Assembly: GCA_963676915.2 (NCBI GenBank)
Contig: CAXXVK010000045.1
Coordinates: 1-28,803, forward strand
Source: Myxococcota bacterium
Lineage (GTDB): Bacteria > Myxococcota_A > SURF-8 > G963663525
DNA: 28,803 nt
Direction: 5' to 3'
The notes beneath the pieces are model-generated. The model ran no database searches. It was not told where the DNA came from and was given only the letters and a program-made list of their open reading frames with translations. The translations under genes were made by a program, and so were the position numbers. The first letter of the stretch is position 1; the number at the start of each line of letters is the position of its first letter. This document shows positions 1 through 10,390 of this stretch, one piece after another.

Positions 1-464
1 CTGGTATCGAGGATTGGTGTTCGTCCCATATCCCGCAAAACTGACAATCCCGGAATATGACCCATTGAACATGTAAGGCATGTCGAAATGCTGGTTCGCA
101 GGTAATTGAAACGGGTATACCACGGCGTCCTGAACAAGCGTTTCGTTCGCGCGAAGTTTCCGTGCGAGTCGCTTTGCATTGCGGCGAACGAATGATAGGC
201 AGCATTACCGGTTCCGGCAGCACTGCCACTGGAATAATACCGTTTATAGTAATTCAAACCGATCCGTCGATAACTGGGAGCCGTACAGGACGTGGTATCT
301 GCCGTACCCGTACCGGTGTTGTTCCGGTTGGCGTAGGTTTGAGTCCACGTTGCATACGCAGCCGATGCACCGGCCAGAACAAACAGGACGATCAGCACCT
401 GCAACAAGGTCCAGCGGGGTTGGCTACCAAAAGATGTTCGAGTGGTGGGGGCTCCGGGTTTCAT
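1..464 (-). CDS. Secreted hypothetical protein, N-terminal part (runs off the window)
   Basis: ATG at 464 has a GGAGG RBS. My translation MKPGAPTTRTSFGSQPRWTLLQVLIVLFVLAGASAAYA|TWTQTYANRNNTGTGTADTTSC has a Sec signal ending A-Y-A, and the frame is open to base 1. It is absent from the ORF track because no stop codon lies in the window. There may be a frameshift near 150, where the alternative frame ANETLVQDAVVYPFQLPANQHFDMPYMFNGSY reads more protein-like. Confidence 0.7.
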   Translation of the reverse strand, partial: MKPGAPTTRTSFGSQPRWTLLQVLIVLFVLAGASAAYATWTQTYANRNNTGTGTADTTSCTAPSYRRIGLNYYKRYYSSGSAAGTGNAAYHSFAAMQSDSHGNFARTKRLFRTPWYTRFNYLRTSISTCLTCSMGHIPGLSVLRDMGRTPILDT

Positions 465-572
465 GACGGCCTCCGGGATATGGTGAAACCTCAAAAGATT
501 TTTCAATCGTGAAAAGTCGATGTTTTGTAAAACGTTTTTCTTTGTAAACCGGTCATTCATGGAAAACTCCAG

Positions 573-2813
573 TCATCGTTCGGATGCTTCGCCGATACAA
601 CGGCCACCCTTCGTACATGCCTGCCCCTCCGGGCAGTCCAACGCCGGGACTCCGGCAACACAATCCATGCGACAGATCCCCGCCGCACAATACGATCCCG
701 CCTGACATTGAGCATCGCTTTTACAACGCGGATACTGCTGCGTGCCGAAATCTTTCGTGGCTTCGTGACACAGTCCTCGCGGACCGCAGGTGAAACCGGC
801 ATCGCAATGCTCGTCTCTCAGGCATTCGGCCGAGCACAGGCCGAGATGTAACAGGCAGCGCGTCGGTGCCGGACAATCGTTGTCCGCTCCGCAACGCGGC
901 CAGGTCAACTTCAAACGAACCGGTTTGTCCGGCTCGGCAGGAACGCAACGTCGAGCTTGCATATCGCAGGTTTCTTCAGGCTTGCAGCCCCAACTCGACA
1001 TCCTCCCGTTACCGCCCAAACGGCTCAGGCAGACGTAACGACATTGCCCGCCGGAACAAGCCGCGCCCTCGGGGCATTCGTCATTCCGGTTACAAGCCTT
1101 CGCTTCGGTATAGGAACAACCTTGCGTTGTGCGTGCCCCTTCGACGCATTGTCCCGAACAGGAACAGTACGCCGTGCCCGGTAGTCCGCAGTCCTCATCG
1201 GAAAGGCATTCGAACGTACATACGCCGTCCTGACAAACACTGTTGATCGGACAATCTTTCGCCAATCGACACCCACGATGCATCAGGCTTTCCCAACGCA
1301 ACGTCGGAATCTGTTTCTCGGCTTCGGCCACGGGAACGACCGCTTCGGGATCGTCGACGCAACGCCCGCGCAACGGATCGCAGGTTTGTCCCAGACCGCA
1401 GAGATTCGCACCGGGATGGCAGTCTTTGGAGCAGATCCCATCCTTGCAGAACGTACCTTCCATGCATTGCTCATCCTGCTCGCAGGCACCGCCGATAGCC
1501 ACCAACGGTTCCAGTTTTTTCTTCTCCGGGACACCCATCCGCAGGACAGGGAGAACATCGGCCATTCGGCTCGCAGAACATTCCCGGACCGCAGGAAATA
1601 TCCGAAAGCGACCCGTTGCAGCGAGGTTTGCAAATACCGATGACGTCTTCGTTTTCGACCATGTTGCAATATTTGTCTGCCGGGCATTGGCTGTCTTCAA
1701 CACACCAGCCCTTCGGCGGGAACTGCTCCATCGGGTCGGGAATCTCGGGGTCTTCGATGCAACGTCCTTTTTCGGTACAAATGAAACCTTCGCGACAGGA
1801 CATTTCGGCGTCGCATTGTTTGTGACATCGTCCGGCATAATTGCAGTGCCATCCGGGTTTGCATTCCGAATCGGCAAGACAAGGCACGTACGGCAGCGCC
1901 GCGATTTCGTGGAATCCGACTTCCTCGACGGCTTCGCAGCGCCCACGGGAATCGCAAAGACCTTTCGGACCGCACTCGCTGTCGTCGGCACAATCCCGAG
2001 CGCAGATTCCCCAGGAATTACAATAATATCCGTCACCGCAGTCGGTTTGTTCGGTTTCCGTGGTGCAATCGGGCTTGGGTGGAGCGATGCATTTGCCCTC
2101 ACCGGAGCAAATCTGGCCTTTTTGGCAATTGAGTTCGTTGTAACAGTCCCGTACGCACAAAAGCGTCTGAGTATCACAGTACGTTCCGACATCGCAGGTT
2201 GGTTCAGCGCCTTCATGCGCAAAGGTACAGGCTGCGATTTTTTCCCGCCAGTCTTCGGGAATATCGCTGCAATTCGAAGAGGTTAGCGCATAAGGATCTA
2301 TCCCTTCGCAACGTACCCACAAAGAGGTTGCACCAATCTCCGCCGCCACGATACAACCGACAGATTCGAGCATCAACACACCGTCGCGACAAGGAAGCAT
2401 CTGGCGGTAGGCGTAATCGGTGGGTTTGAGACGCAACATGGCGTCTTTGTAGCATTCATCCCGTTTGACGCCGAACAGCTTCACCCGAAGCACCGGCCGG
2501 TCGGAGTCTTTTTCCGCGCAAAATTCACCGGAAACCGGTGGGCAACCGCAGCGGATATCCTTGGCCAGGACTCTCATCCGCTGTCATACCCGTGGAATCG
2601 CCCACAACGCGGCAACCGTCTTCGAACGATTCATAGCCCGAATCGCAAACGCACTCCCCTTCCGCCATCGTGGCATGAAGCGGGGCAGACTTCACCTGAA
2701 GCACCTTGTCCCGTCTCATCGAGACAACCGGCCATCAGCCAGGCGCAAATCATCGGAATCAGCGAAACTTTCGCCGTTTCCCGAAGGAGTCTGATTGTCG
2801 TTCTTGCGTTCAA
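573..2813 (-). CDS. Cys-rich (CxxDxxCxxGxxCxxxGxC repeat) lipoprotein, ~745 aa once about 3 apparent frameshifts are repaired
   Basis: Four ORF pieces join. The lipobox WLMAG|C follows a TTG at 2813 (GGAGA RBS; 2843 is an alternative start). Removing one G of GGGG at 2682-2685 gives the EGF-like CPLHATMAEGECVCDSGYESFEDGC. A second shift at ~2530-2580 enters ORF 1471..2577. Removing one T of T6 at 1515-1520 joins CPGEEK to LEPLVAIGGACEQDEQC of ORF 573..2222. Many repeats such as CADDSECGPKGLCDSRGRC are present. Confidence 0.75.
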
Positions 2814-2874
2814 ATCGTCTCCGCACCTTACGATTGACAACAATCCCCTAAATTGACACTGCGGTCCGTCCCGC

Positions 2875-3328
2875 CTATTTCTTCACCGAGTATCCGTCTT
2901 TATGCATTCGATACGTTTTCGGACCGCCTTCGTACCGTTTTTTCAATTCGTATTGCCTCGTCGAACCCAAAAGTACGATTTCGCTCGCCACATACTCGTA
3001 GGTTTTCGAATCGATCGTGATTTTTACAATCACTCCCTTGCCTTTTGAGCATGGTTTCGAGGCTTTTGAATCCGAACGACGCTTTACTACCGTCTTCATT
3101 CGAGAAAACCACCGTTGACGGAACCTTGATCAGCGAAACTTTGTAGTCGATCATCAGGTACCATTCATCTTCTACCTGAACGATCTTGCTTACGATTCCC
3201 TCAAACTGTGTCGTTCCGGCGCTGCTTTTGATCTTTTTCTGGCTGGCTGCGTGGGCCGAAGACAAACCGAAACCGACAAAAAGCAGCGGCAACAACATCC
3301 AAATCACGGTTTTATATGGAATTCTCAT
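2875..3328 (-). CDS. Small basic secreted hypothetical protein (~150 aa), apparent +1 frameshift at 3043-3046
   Basis: Starts 12 bp downstream of pilY1. Signal peptide MRIPYKTVIWMLLPLLFVGFGLSSAHA|ASQ. Removing one T from TTTT at 3043-3046 gives ETMLKGKGVIVKITIDSKTYEYVASEIVLL...SVKK*, joining ORFs 2900..3508 and 2875..3099. Confidence 0.7.
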
Positions 3329-3339
3329 CGTTTCGATCC

Positions 3340-6300
3340 TTATCGATACTTGATTCTGTAAAACAGGGTTTCCGCGCCTCCGAACGACGGCATTCCCACG
3401 ATGGAAATCCGCACCGGAGGCCGGTTGCCGCCGGATTTCACGTACAATGCATTGTTCGCTACGATCACACGCGAAAGCACCGAACCCGTCAGGCGTTGTC
3501 CAGCCCAACCGCCATCGGAATGCGTATCGCCGTACGCTTTGTTGTCACCCGTGACATCCTGAACCGCGAAGCTCGGGTTGTCGCCATCCACGGCACGCAC
3601 ACCCATCACGAATCCGCCGCCGTCATCCTGGTTTTCATCGAATCCCGAAGTACGGTCCCCTGGAGATACCTGCCGATAATCCCGAAGGTCGCAAGTTCCT
3701 TCCATGTTGGGTGTCCACGTAGAGATGAATAAAATATCTTCGTATTTCGACGTGTCGGCAGGGTTGTGTTGACGAGCCACAACGCCTCGGGAAATGACTC
3801 GCTCTCCGACCGTGACGACCTTGCCGTTGATCGTGGCATCGGATGAACCCGTGTATCCGCCGCTCCCTCCGATACCCCAATCGTCGAGCCAGATCACCCA
3901 ACCCTGACCACCGGTTTCATTGCTGCCGGATACGCGATCGACTTTACGAGCGATTCGAGTAAATCCCGGCTTGTCGTTCTCGTTGACCTTCTCGTGCTCG
4001 ACGGTGTAGCTGAACATGTCGCTGTAGGTGACTTTTGCACCGTTTTTGTCGAGAATACCGTAAATAGCCTGATAATTCGGGGTCAAGGACAACGAACCGT
4101 CCTTATTCATCCACCGGTAATCGTCGAAACTATCGTAGAAACTGTCGAACTTCCCGGTACCGAAAAGAATGATCGGGTACCCGCAGTTGGTCTCCTTGTG
4201 AATCGGCCATTCATCCTCGCTAGCGCATTTGGAGAGGTACACCGTCGGTCTGGAAGTAATCGACCGAGGATAACGATAGGTATAGTACATCTGATCATCC
4301 GCCGCCTGGTTCGCTCCGCTACCTCGCTCGTTGTGCACGTAATGTTTGAAATTATCGAGCGATACCGAAGAAGACGAACAGGAGGAGCTTCCCCCGAGAC
4401 AACTAAACGCATCGAACAGAACGCTGGCATTGGTCACGCTGGCTGCACTACCGGCTATCGTCAACGGAAAACGCATCAGATGTCCGGCCAGATCGCCAGC
4501 ATAAACGATATCGGCGAAACCGTCTTCATCACTGTCGTAGGCAACGGGGTCACCCAGCTTGTTACCGGGCACCACACCCGAGGTGCCGCTTTCCGACACG
4601 CCCGACATCCCGGACACGTTGGAAGCCTTGATCTCGAATTTGATATGCTCTTCAGGACTCGAAACACCACCGCTGTCCAGGTCGAAAAGATCGATACCAA
4701 ACAAGTAGGCCGTTTTTGTCATCTGCATTGCCGATGTCTGGGCATAACCGGAACCGAAGAACAGCAGCCAACTGCCATCGCCACCGGTATCGACCCGGGC
4801 ACAGGTCGGCTCGGAATAGGTCACGCCAAGACTGTCATCGTCCGGAGCGTAACGCCACATGAAACTTGGGCTGAACTGCATATTGTTGGTGGGATCTATC
4901 CGGAAAGCATAATATCCGGACTCTCCCGGCTGAGCCATCGGCGAACGGGTTCCCACCACGAGAATCGTATGCCAGCCATTGGTTGTTTCACCCGGCGGAG
5001 ATCCATAAGCATCGACGATAAAAGGCGTCAGGTTCATGGTCGGCGTACGAATACGCTTGAACTTCGGAGCAGCGATTTCCTCGATGTTCTTCAGGATCTC
5101 CCATGGAATGAAAGCCCACATCTCCTTGCCGGTCGTGGCATCGAAACAATGCAACATCCCGTCGTTGGCCGCCACAAAAAGAGCAGGCTGACGAGTAAGA
5201 TAGTCAGGAGAGTTGGTATAGGTCGAATAGCTTGATGTTGCCGTATCGGGATCGATCCAGGCATTCTGCGGAGTCGCCCCGACGAATTTCGGTTCGGCGT
5301 GGGTAATATCTCCCAACACCCAGTTGATTTTCCCTCCACCAACGATGGAAGGAGCGGTTTCGTAACGATCCCGCAGGTTTTCTCCAAGATCGTAATCGTC
5401 AGGATCCTCGTTGGGATCGAAGGTCAGCGTCATATTGGGATCGTCTACCGAAGCGTCTTCCACTCGCTTGGAACTGTTTTCGCTTCCATACAGCCACGCC
5501 AAGATATCCGAATCGGCACCAAGATCGTTCGGAAAATCCACGTCACTCAATTCTTTCCATGATACGCCGGTTACAGTGCTTGGATCGTCGGGATCGGAAA
5601 CGGAAACTTCAACGGTATAGATCGTTCGCCCGCTACCTACGGTAGCCGCAGAAAGAGAATCGCCTTTCCCCGTCATCCAGCGTTCGGCGTCTTCGAGACA
5701 AAGACCAAACACACAGGAACCACCCGAACCACAGGCCCGGATTTCCCGGTCCGAACCGTCGCACGGTTGTACGTAACAAAGCTTGTCGCACTCCACCTCG
5801 TCCGTGGGGTTGGAGGTGCATCCCGGAAGATCCTGGCAGGTTTCCGTCTTGCGGTCATTCACCAGGCAATCGCCGTCGTTCAGACATCCCAACGGAAGCC
5901 TGTAAGCTCGAATCACGCCGCGCCAGTCATCCGGCTGCTGATAAGCATCGAAAAACATCGGTTCCGATTTGGTTTCCACACCGGTTGCCGAACCATCGTC
6001 GTAAATGAACGTTCCGTGATCGCTGGTAACCGTAAAAAGCGAACGGTTGGTTCCGAAAGAAGAATGCTGAATCGGATCGTCGAAGGTCCAACGGGCCGCG
6101 AGGTAAATCGGTGTGTTGGTAATGGTGAGATTGTTCCATTCGAGCGCCATGGCGTTGTCCATGCTGGTCGTCAACGCCTCGGAATAGGTTCCGCGATTGG
6201 AATAGGTAATCGGTCGGAAGCGGTCGAAATCCGGAAGAGACTGGTCGAGAATGTGGTAAAAGACCGACGCCCACCAGTTCTCTTCCATCCGCACTTCGTC

Positions 6301-7272
6301 TTCGTCGCCATTGAGTGCAATCATTCCCTGAAAGAATGCTGAACCACCCGTTGCGCCGACAACCTTTGTGATATCGCAGAGATAGCCATATCCAGAGTCG
6401 TTACCTGCCGTAAACGTATCGGCGGAAACCCAGAACGAAACGCCACTGTACTGGGCGGTTCCCTGGCTTTTGATTTCCCAGGTAACGTCATAGTACGGTT
6501 TGCCGGGACGCGAATAGACGTATTGCGTAATGTGAACCACGTCCTTCAACTGATCCGCCGGAACGTCGTTCAGCGGATCGGACCCGTCTTCCATGAGAAT
6601 CCAGAATTTCGTCGTGAGGTTTGCTCCGGAAGGACCGCTTTTGACACCCATTCGTTGGTGAGACACCATGGGGAAATCGATTTCCAGATCCTGGTCCGTT
6701 TCAGGGTTGGGGTTGGTCACCGTGGCCGCCGGTCCGGCAAACTGTGTGGACCACTGGCACAAAGTCGTATCGGGTGTCGCATCGCGTTTGGAACAGAGAT
6801 TGACGGACTTCGCTCCTGTGGAGCTGGTGTATTCCTGAGTTCCCATTTTCAGGGAAATCCAGTAGTTGGTCATTCCTGGAATCGGAGACTGATAACGGTC
6901 TGTAATGTTATAGACTTGGTTCCGTCGAAAACAATACGGGGTATCGACATTGCTATAGCCTTCAGAGGCCGTATCCCATTCAGGTCGACCATCGTCGGCA
7001 TTGGCCTGAATCGTGCCTCGGAAGTTGATGTCCTTGTCGTCGGTTTCTCTTCTGGAGACCCCGATTTCCCCTCCATCCTTGCAATCGTTCGGATCAACGG
7101 AAGCGGGAGAAACCTCATAGCCCCCCTCGCAGATACCTTGCCCCAATCCGCAGGAAATTTTGTAATCCGCGGGTCCGAGGTAGTCCTGTTTGGGATCGGC
7201 GGCAAACGCCGTGGATACCCAAAGCAACAAGGTAAGCAAACTAAGAACGGATATAAAAATACGCTGGCTCAT
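3340..7272 (-). CDS. pilY1: Type IV pilus tip adhesin PilY1-like protein (1310 aa)
   Basis: Signal peptide ...STAFA|ADP. PilY1 beta-propeller motifs WRGVIRAY, LGDITHAEP, LFVAANDGMLHCFDATTGKEMWAFIPW, LGVTYSEP, LLFFGSGY and ILFGTGK. Ca-binding loop DSDEDGFADIVYAGDLAGHLMRF. It follows fimT-pilVWX. Confidence 0.92.
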   Translation of the reverse strand: MSQRIFISVLSLLTLLLWVSTAFAADPKQDYLGPADYKISCGLGQGICEGGYEVSPASVDPNDCKDGGEIGVSRRETDDKDINFRGTIQANADDGRPEWDTASEGYSNVDTPYCFRRNQVYNITDRYQSPIPGMTNYWISLKMGTQEYTSSTGAKSVNLCSKRDATPDTTLCQWSTQFAGPAATVTNPNPETDQDLEIDFPMVSHQRMGVKSGPSGANLTTKFWILMEDGSDPLNDVPADQLKDVVHITQYVYSRPGKPYYDVTWEIKSQGTAQYSGVSFWVSADTFTAGNDSGYGYLCDITKVVGATGGSAFFQGMIALNGDEDEVRMEENWWASVFYHILDQSLPDFDRFRPITYSNRGTYSEALTTSMDNAMALEWNNLTITNTPIYLAARWTFDDPIQHSSFGTNRSLFTVTSDHGTFIYDDGSATGVETKSEPMFFDAYQQPDDWRGVIRAYRLPLGCLNDGDCLVNDRKTETCQDLPGCTSNPTDEVECDKLCYVQPCDGSDREIRACGSGGSCVFGLCLEDAERWMTGKGDSLSAATVGSGRTIYTVEVSVSDPDDPSTVTGVSWKELSDVDFPNDLGADSDILAWLYGSENSSKRVEDASVDDPNMTLTFDPNEDPDDYDLGENLRDRYETAPSIVGGGKINWVLGDITHAEPKFVGATPQNAWIDPDTATSSYSTYTNSPDYLTRQPALFVAANDGMLHCFDATTGKEMWAFIPWEILKNIEEIAAPKFKRIRTPTMNLTPFIVDAYGSPPGETTNGWHTILVVGTRSPMAQPGESGYYAFRIDPTNNMQFSPSFMWRYAPDDDSLGVTYSEPTCARVDTGGDGSWLLFFGSGYAQTSAMQMTKTAYLFGIDLFDLDSGGVSSPEEHIKFEIKASNVSGMSGVSESGTSGVVPGNKLGDPVAYDSDEDGFADIVYAGDLAGHLMRFPLTIAGSAASVTNASVLFDAFSCLGGSSSCSSSSVSLDNFKHYVHNERGSGANQAADDQMYYTYRYPRSITSRPTVYLSKCASEDEWPIHKETNCGYPIILFGTGKFDSFYDSFDDYRWMNKDGSLSLTPNYQAIYGILDKNGAKVTYSDMFSYTVEHEKVNENDKPGFTRIARKVDRVSGSNETGGQGWVIWLDDWGIGGSGGYTGSSDATINGKVVTVGERVISRGVVARQHNPADTSKYEDILFISTWTPNMEGTCDLRDYRQVSPGDRTSGFDENQDDGGGFVMGVRAVDGDNPSFAVQDVTGDNKAYGDTHSDGGWAGQRLTGSVLSRVIVANNALYVKSGGNRPPVRISIVGMPSFGGAETLFYRIKYR

Positions 7273-7293
7273 GGCACTTTCTTTCCCGAGCGG

Positions 7294-7806
7294 CTAATTG
7301 GACACTCTCGAAAACTTTTCGATGGACTGAACGTGTTTTATGACGATCGGCACGTTGTTGTCACTGATGCGTTCCACATAGGCATCGATCTTGTAGAAAT
7401 AATCTTGCGATCGGTACACGATACCGGTATCGGAACTGGCCGCGCCCTCGGATTCGGACTGGCCGCTTCCCAGCAACGTAATACAATACTTTGCACCGAC
7501 TCCACGCTGCTTGTAGTCGTATTCGGTCGGCCAGTAGTTGGTGCTCAACTCTTTTTCGTCATCCGTCTCACCCTGGCAATCGAATCCAACGAGCTCCGGC
7601 GTCGGCGACTCGAAAATCTTTTTGCGCGCTTCGGTGACGGCGGCCTCGGCATACGCCAGCATTTTCGCCGAAGAATCGTAGCTCGACGAAATGCGGACTT
7701 CGCGAACGGCCTGGTTGACCGAAATCACACCCATCCCGGACATGACAATGACTAGCACCAATGTCACGACCAACGCGCTTCCCTTATTTCCTATATGATG
7801 CAGCAT
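7294..7806 (-). CDS. pilX: PilX-like minor pilin
   Basis: NKG|SALVVTLVLVIVMSGMGV prepilin site without Glu+5, which is typical of PilX/GspK. Also AYAEAAV and C-terminal YFYKIDAY. ATG at 7806 has a GGAGA RBS. Lies between pilW and pilY1. Confidence 0.82.
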   Translation of the reverse strand: MLHHIGNKGSALVVTLVLVIVMSGMGVISVNQAVREVRISSSYDSSAKMLAYAEAAVTEARKKIFESPTPELVGFDCQGETDDEKELSTNYWPTEYDYKQRGVGAKYCITLLGSGQSESEGAASSDTGIVYRSQDYFYKIDAYVERISDNNVPIVIKHVQSIEKFSRVSN

Positions 7807-7817
7807 TTGGTTATCTC

Positions 7818-8966
7818 CTACCACCAATCCTGCCCAATAATCATGTTCGGCAGTCGAACGACCGTAGCAACCTGGGCTCGTTCGTAAACGATTCTCTTTC
7901 CGTCAACGACATAGGAAGGAGTCACCGTTACATTGCCGAGGAAGAAATTCTTCTTTACAAAAGCAGAGCCATCCGTAAGCAACGGATCGGAACTGACCGA
8001 TTTCACGATGAATTCCAGGCGAACCGCTAAAATTCTGCGCCGATACTCCACCGACGTCGGGAAAGGTTCCCATTCGTATTTGCCCGAACTGATTTCGTTG
8101 AGCGGCGGAACGTAATAACTAACCTGGAAGGCTTCGATGCTATCGAGAATCGTCAGATAGCTCACCGGGTTCATGAGCGACGTTTCTCCCGAAGCGCCTT
8201 TGTCATCGCAACCGGCAATCGCCCACGTATCGGAATGCTTCACCTTTTCAGCACAACGCACCAAACGACCGCCGTGTACCGTGTAGGTCAACAACGTCGG
8301 CCGTTCGACCAACACCATTCCCGGAACAAGCTCAATGGTTTCCGTCGGCAGGTCGTCCTCGAATCCGGAGGGATTGAAGGTTACGTTGATGAATTTATCA
8401 TCTCCCGTACTTCCCGAACCGGTGAAAATACCAGCCGCCAGATAATGCCGCTGCCGATCGAGAAGCCATACTTCCTGATTGACACGGAAAAGGTCGGTCC
8501 AGTCGTCGGAATCCAGCGGATCGGGAAATACATTGAGAGTTTTGACGGTGTTGGTCAGGTTGTCCAGGGTTTCCCCGTCGTTAGACGCCAAAACCACCAT
8601 GCCCCCTTGGGAAACGATGAATTGAATCTCATCGTTGTACCCCGACGATCCCAAATCGTTGTTGCTTTCGGGATCGATAAAGGCCTGATCGTACAGGTTC
8701 GTGCCAGCCGCCTCGTTGGGACTGACCTGCCCCAATCCGACCTGAACCAACTCACCAGCCATCAGATCAAGCGCAGCCCTTGCGGTCTGCTGCAACATGG
8801 TTTTCTGACTGGAAGAGTGGAACACCTTGTTCGTACTGATGAACAAAGCGAACGCTGCCGCCATTACAATCGAAGAAAGAAACACGGATATCAGCAATTC
8901 CACAAGCGTGAATCCGTTCGCCTCTCCGGATTTTCCCAAAATCCTCATTACGACTCCCATCTTCAT
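7818..8966 (-). CDS. pilW: PilW-like minor pilin
   Basis: NG|FTLVELLISVFLSSIVMAAAF prepilin motif, LQQTARAALDLMAGELVQVG, ILDSIEAFQVSY, ILAVRLEF and VVRLPN. ATGA overlaps the pilV stop; the start could also be 8960 or 8948. Confidence 0.85.
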   Translation of the reverse strand: MKMGVVMRILGKSGEANGFTLVELLISVFLSSIVMAAAFALFISTNKVFHSSSQKTMLQQTARAALDLMAGELVQVGLGQVSPNEAAGTNLYDQAFIDPESNNDLGSSGYNDEIQFIVSQGGMVVLASNDGETLDNLTNTVKTLNVFPDPLDSDDWTDLFRVNQEVWLLDRQRHYLAAGIFTGSGSTGDDKFINVTFNPSGFEDDLPTETIELVPGMVLVERPTLLTYTVHGGRLVRCAEKVKHSDTWAIAGCDDKGASGETSLMNPVSYLTILDSIEAFQVSYYVPPLNEISSGKYEWEPFPTSVEYRRRILAVRLEFIVKSVSSDPLLTDGSAFVKKNFFLGNVTVTPSYVVDGKRIVYERAQVATVVRLPNMIIGQDWW

Positions 8967-9472
8967 CGAACCAGCCGAGGCAGATCGAAACTCGTATCGT
9001 AACTAATACGAACCGTACCGGTTTCGTCCTTCCAAGAAATCTCGATGGTGACCTCTTTGCCCGCATCCATTTCGGATTGACTGTCACCGGTGTCCACGAT
9101 GGACCACGTAAGATTGTATTTGAAACTTTCGTCCGTGGGATCGTAGCCTTCCCGTTGAATCAGCTCACTTCGTGCCATGCCTTCCGTCGAGTAGGATTCC
9201 GTATATTCTCCCGCGTCGATAATCGTTGCGAAAGACTTTCCGGGATCGGGCCAATAAGTATTGGTCGAAAGATCGTAGTAGTAGGGGTAAGATCTCAACT
9301 CGTTGAGTTTGGCATTGATGATCTGAACAGCCACTCCCCGGCTATTACCCGCACTGTTTCCCTGAATCGCGGTCACCTGGAGACTGGCCATTGCGGACAT
9401 CGCCATAGCCAGCACCACGACCGCCACCAGGACTTCAATCATCGTGAATCCGCTACGTCTCTCCCGGATCAT
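8963..9472 (-). CDS. pilV: PilV-like minor pilin
   Basis: RSG|FTMIEVLVAVVVLAMAMSAMASLQ and C-terminal KEVTIEISW. Canonical position between fimT and pilW. Confidence 0.87.
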   Translation of the reverse strand: MIRERRSGFTMIEVLVAVVVLAMAMSAMASLQVTAIQGNSAGNSRGVAVQIINAKLNELRSYPYYYDLSTNTYWPDPGKSFATIIDAGEYTESYSTEGMARSELIQREGYDPTDESFKYNLTWSIVDTGDSQSEMDAGKEVTIEISWKDETGTVRISYDTSFDLPRLVR

Positions 9473-9473
9473 C

Positions 9474-10016
9474 TCAGTTCTCCTTCGGCCGAACTACGCC
9501 CAGTACCGAAATCGTCACTCGCCAGAAATACGCACCTGCCAGGCAGCTCTCAGGATCTTCCGGGTCTTTTTCGCAAAACGTCACGCGTGCCCCGGTAGGA
9601 TCCCCGGAAGTATTTTTCAAGAGTCCCTTCTGATCGAACGCCACAACATCGGAACCCGCCTGATCGAGCTTGATGAGGATTTTCGAGTCGGCGTTCAACT
9701 CCCCGAGAATGACATCGCTTCCACTTTCGCACTGGGAGATTCCTTCTCCGCTGGTTGCGAAAAAGTTGTTGTTTTCGTCTCGACAAATCAACATCCGGCT
9801 GTCTTCAACGATCAACATCGCCGGACGACCGGAGGTAATCGCATCCTGACGTCCCTCGCCCAACAAGCCAAACACTTGGTCACGAGTCTCCATCCCTTTT
9901 TTGAACGTACGGCTGTAATCGATTGTTGGTACGAGTATGGTGGCCAGCACGGCAATAATCGCCAGCGTCGTAAGCAGTTCGATCAGGGTGACACCGTTGT
10001 TTTTGACCGGGTTCAT
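9474..10016 (-). CDS. fimT: FimT/FimU (GspH-family) minor pilin
   Basis: NNG|VTLIELLTTLAIIAVLATILVP, GRQDAITSGRP, VAFDQKG and RVTISVLG. ATG at 10016 has a GGAG RBS. The ORF-track start at 10097 would overlap the predicted promoter. Confidence 0.85.
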   Translation of the reverse strand: MNPVKNNGVTLIELLTTLAIIAVLATILVPTIDYSRTFKKGMETRDQVFGLLGEGRQDAITSGRPAMLIVEDSRMLICRDENNNFFATSGEGISQCESGSDVILGELNADSKILIKLDQAGSDVVAFDQKGLLKNTSGDPTGARVTFCEKDPEDPESCLAGAYFWRVTISVLGVVRPKEN

Positions 10017-10069
10017 GAAAGCTCCATCTCTGCAATTCAAGAAAACCTCTAGCCCGATCAATATATTAT

Positions 10070-10085
10070 TGCAATTTATGTACCA
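10070..10085 (-). promoter_or_regulatory. Sigma54 (-24/-12) promoter for fimT-pilVWXY1
   Basis: Minus strand reads TGGTAC-ATAAA-TTGCA against the consensus TGGCAC-N5-TTGCW, with exact GG-N10-GC spacing, 54 bp upstream of the fimT ATG. Confidence 0.7.
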
Positions 10086-10312
10086 TCGAACAGACAAAAC
10101 CGAGAGGAAAATCCGGGGAGCAAACCTGACGGGCCAAAGGGAGAGAAACCAAAAGAAGCCTTGGTTTTCAAGCAGTTAGCTTTCTTGCTGAGATCATTCT
10201 TCAAAAAGACTGTTTCAAGGAATTCTTTAGAACGTGCAAAAGCTTTCCTAAAGTCATGAAGAGTTTGCGTAGCAGTGCAAATAATAATTGGTCAAAAGCT
10301 TGTCCGTGGTTT

Positions 10313-10390
10313 CATGCAAGAGTTGCACATTCGATGCCTTCTTCACAAAAACCGTGCTTCTTCACACCGTTTGACATGCAAATCTTGCAC
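10313..10390. promoter_or_regulatory. Two CATGCAA-N3-TTGCAC palindromic boxes, candidate activator binding sites
   Basis: catgcaagagttgcac at 10313-10328 and catgcaaatcttgcac at 10375-10390, 62 bp apart, upstream of the sigma54 box. Confidence 0.4.

Noticed and set aside
370-420. RWTLLQVLIVL as a prepilin motif in the 1..464 gene
   Set aside because: It lacks Gly-1, Phe+1 and Glu+5, and ends in an A-x-A signal peptidase I site.
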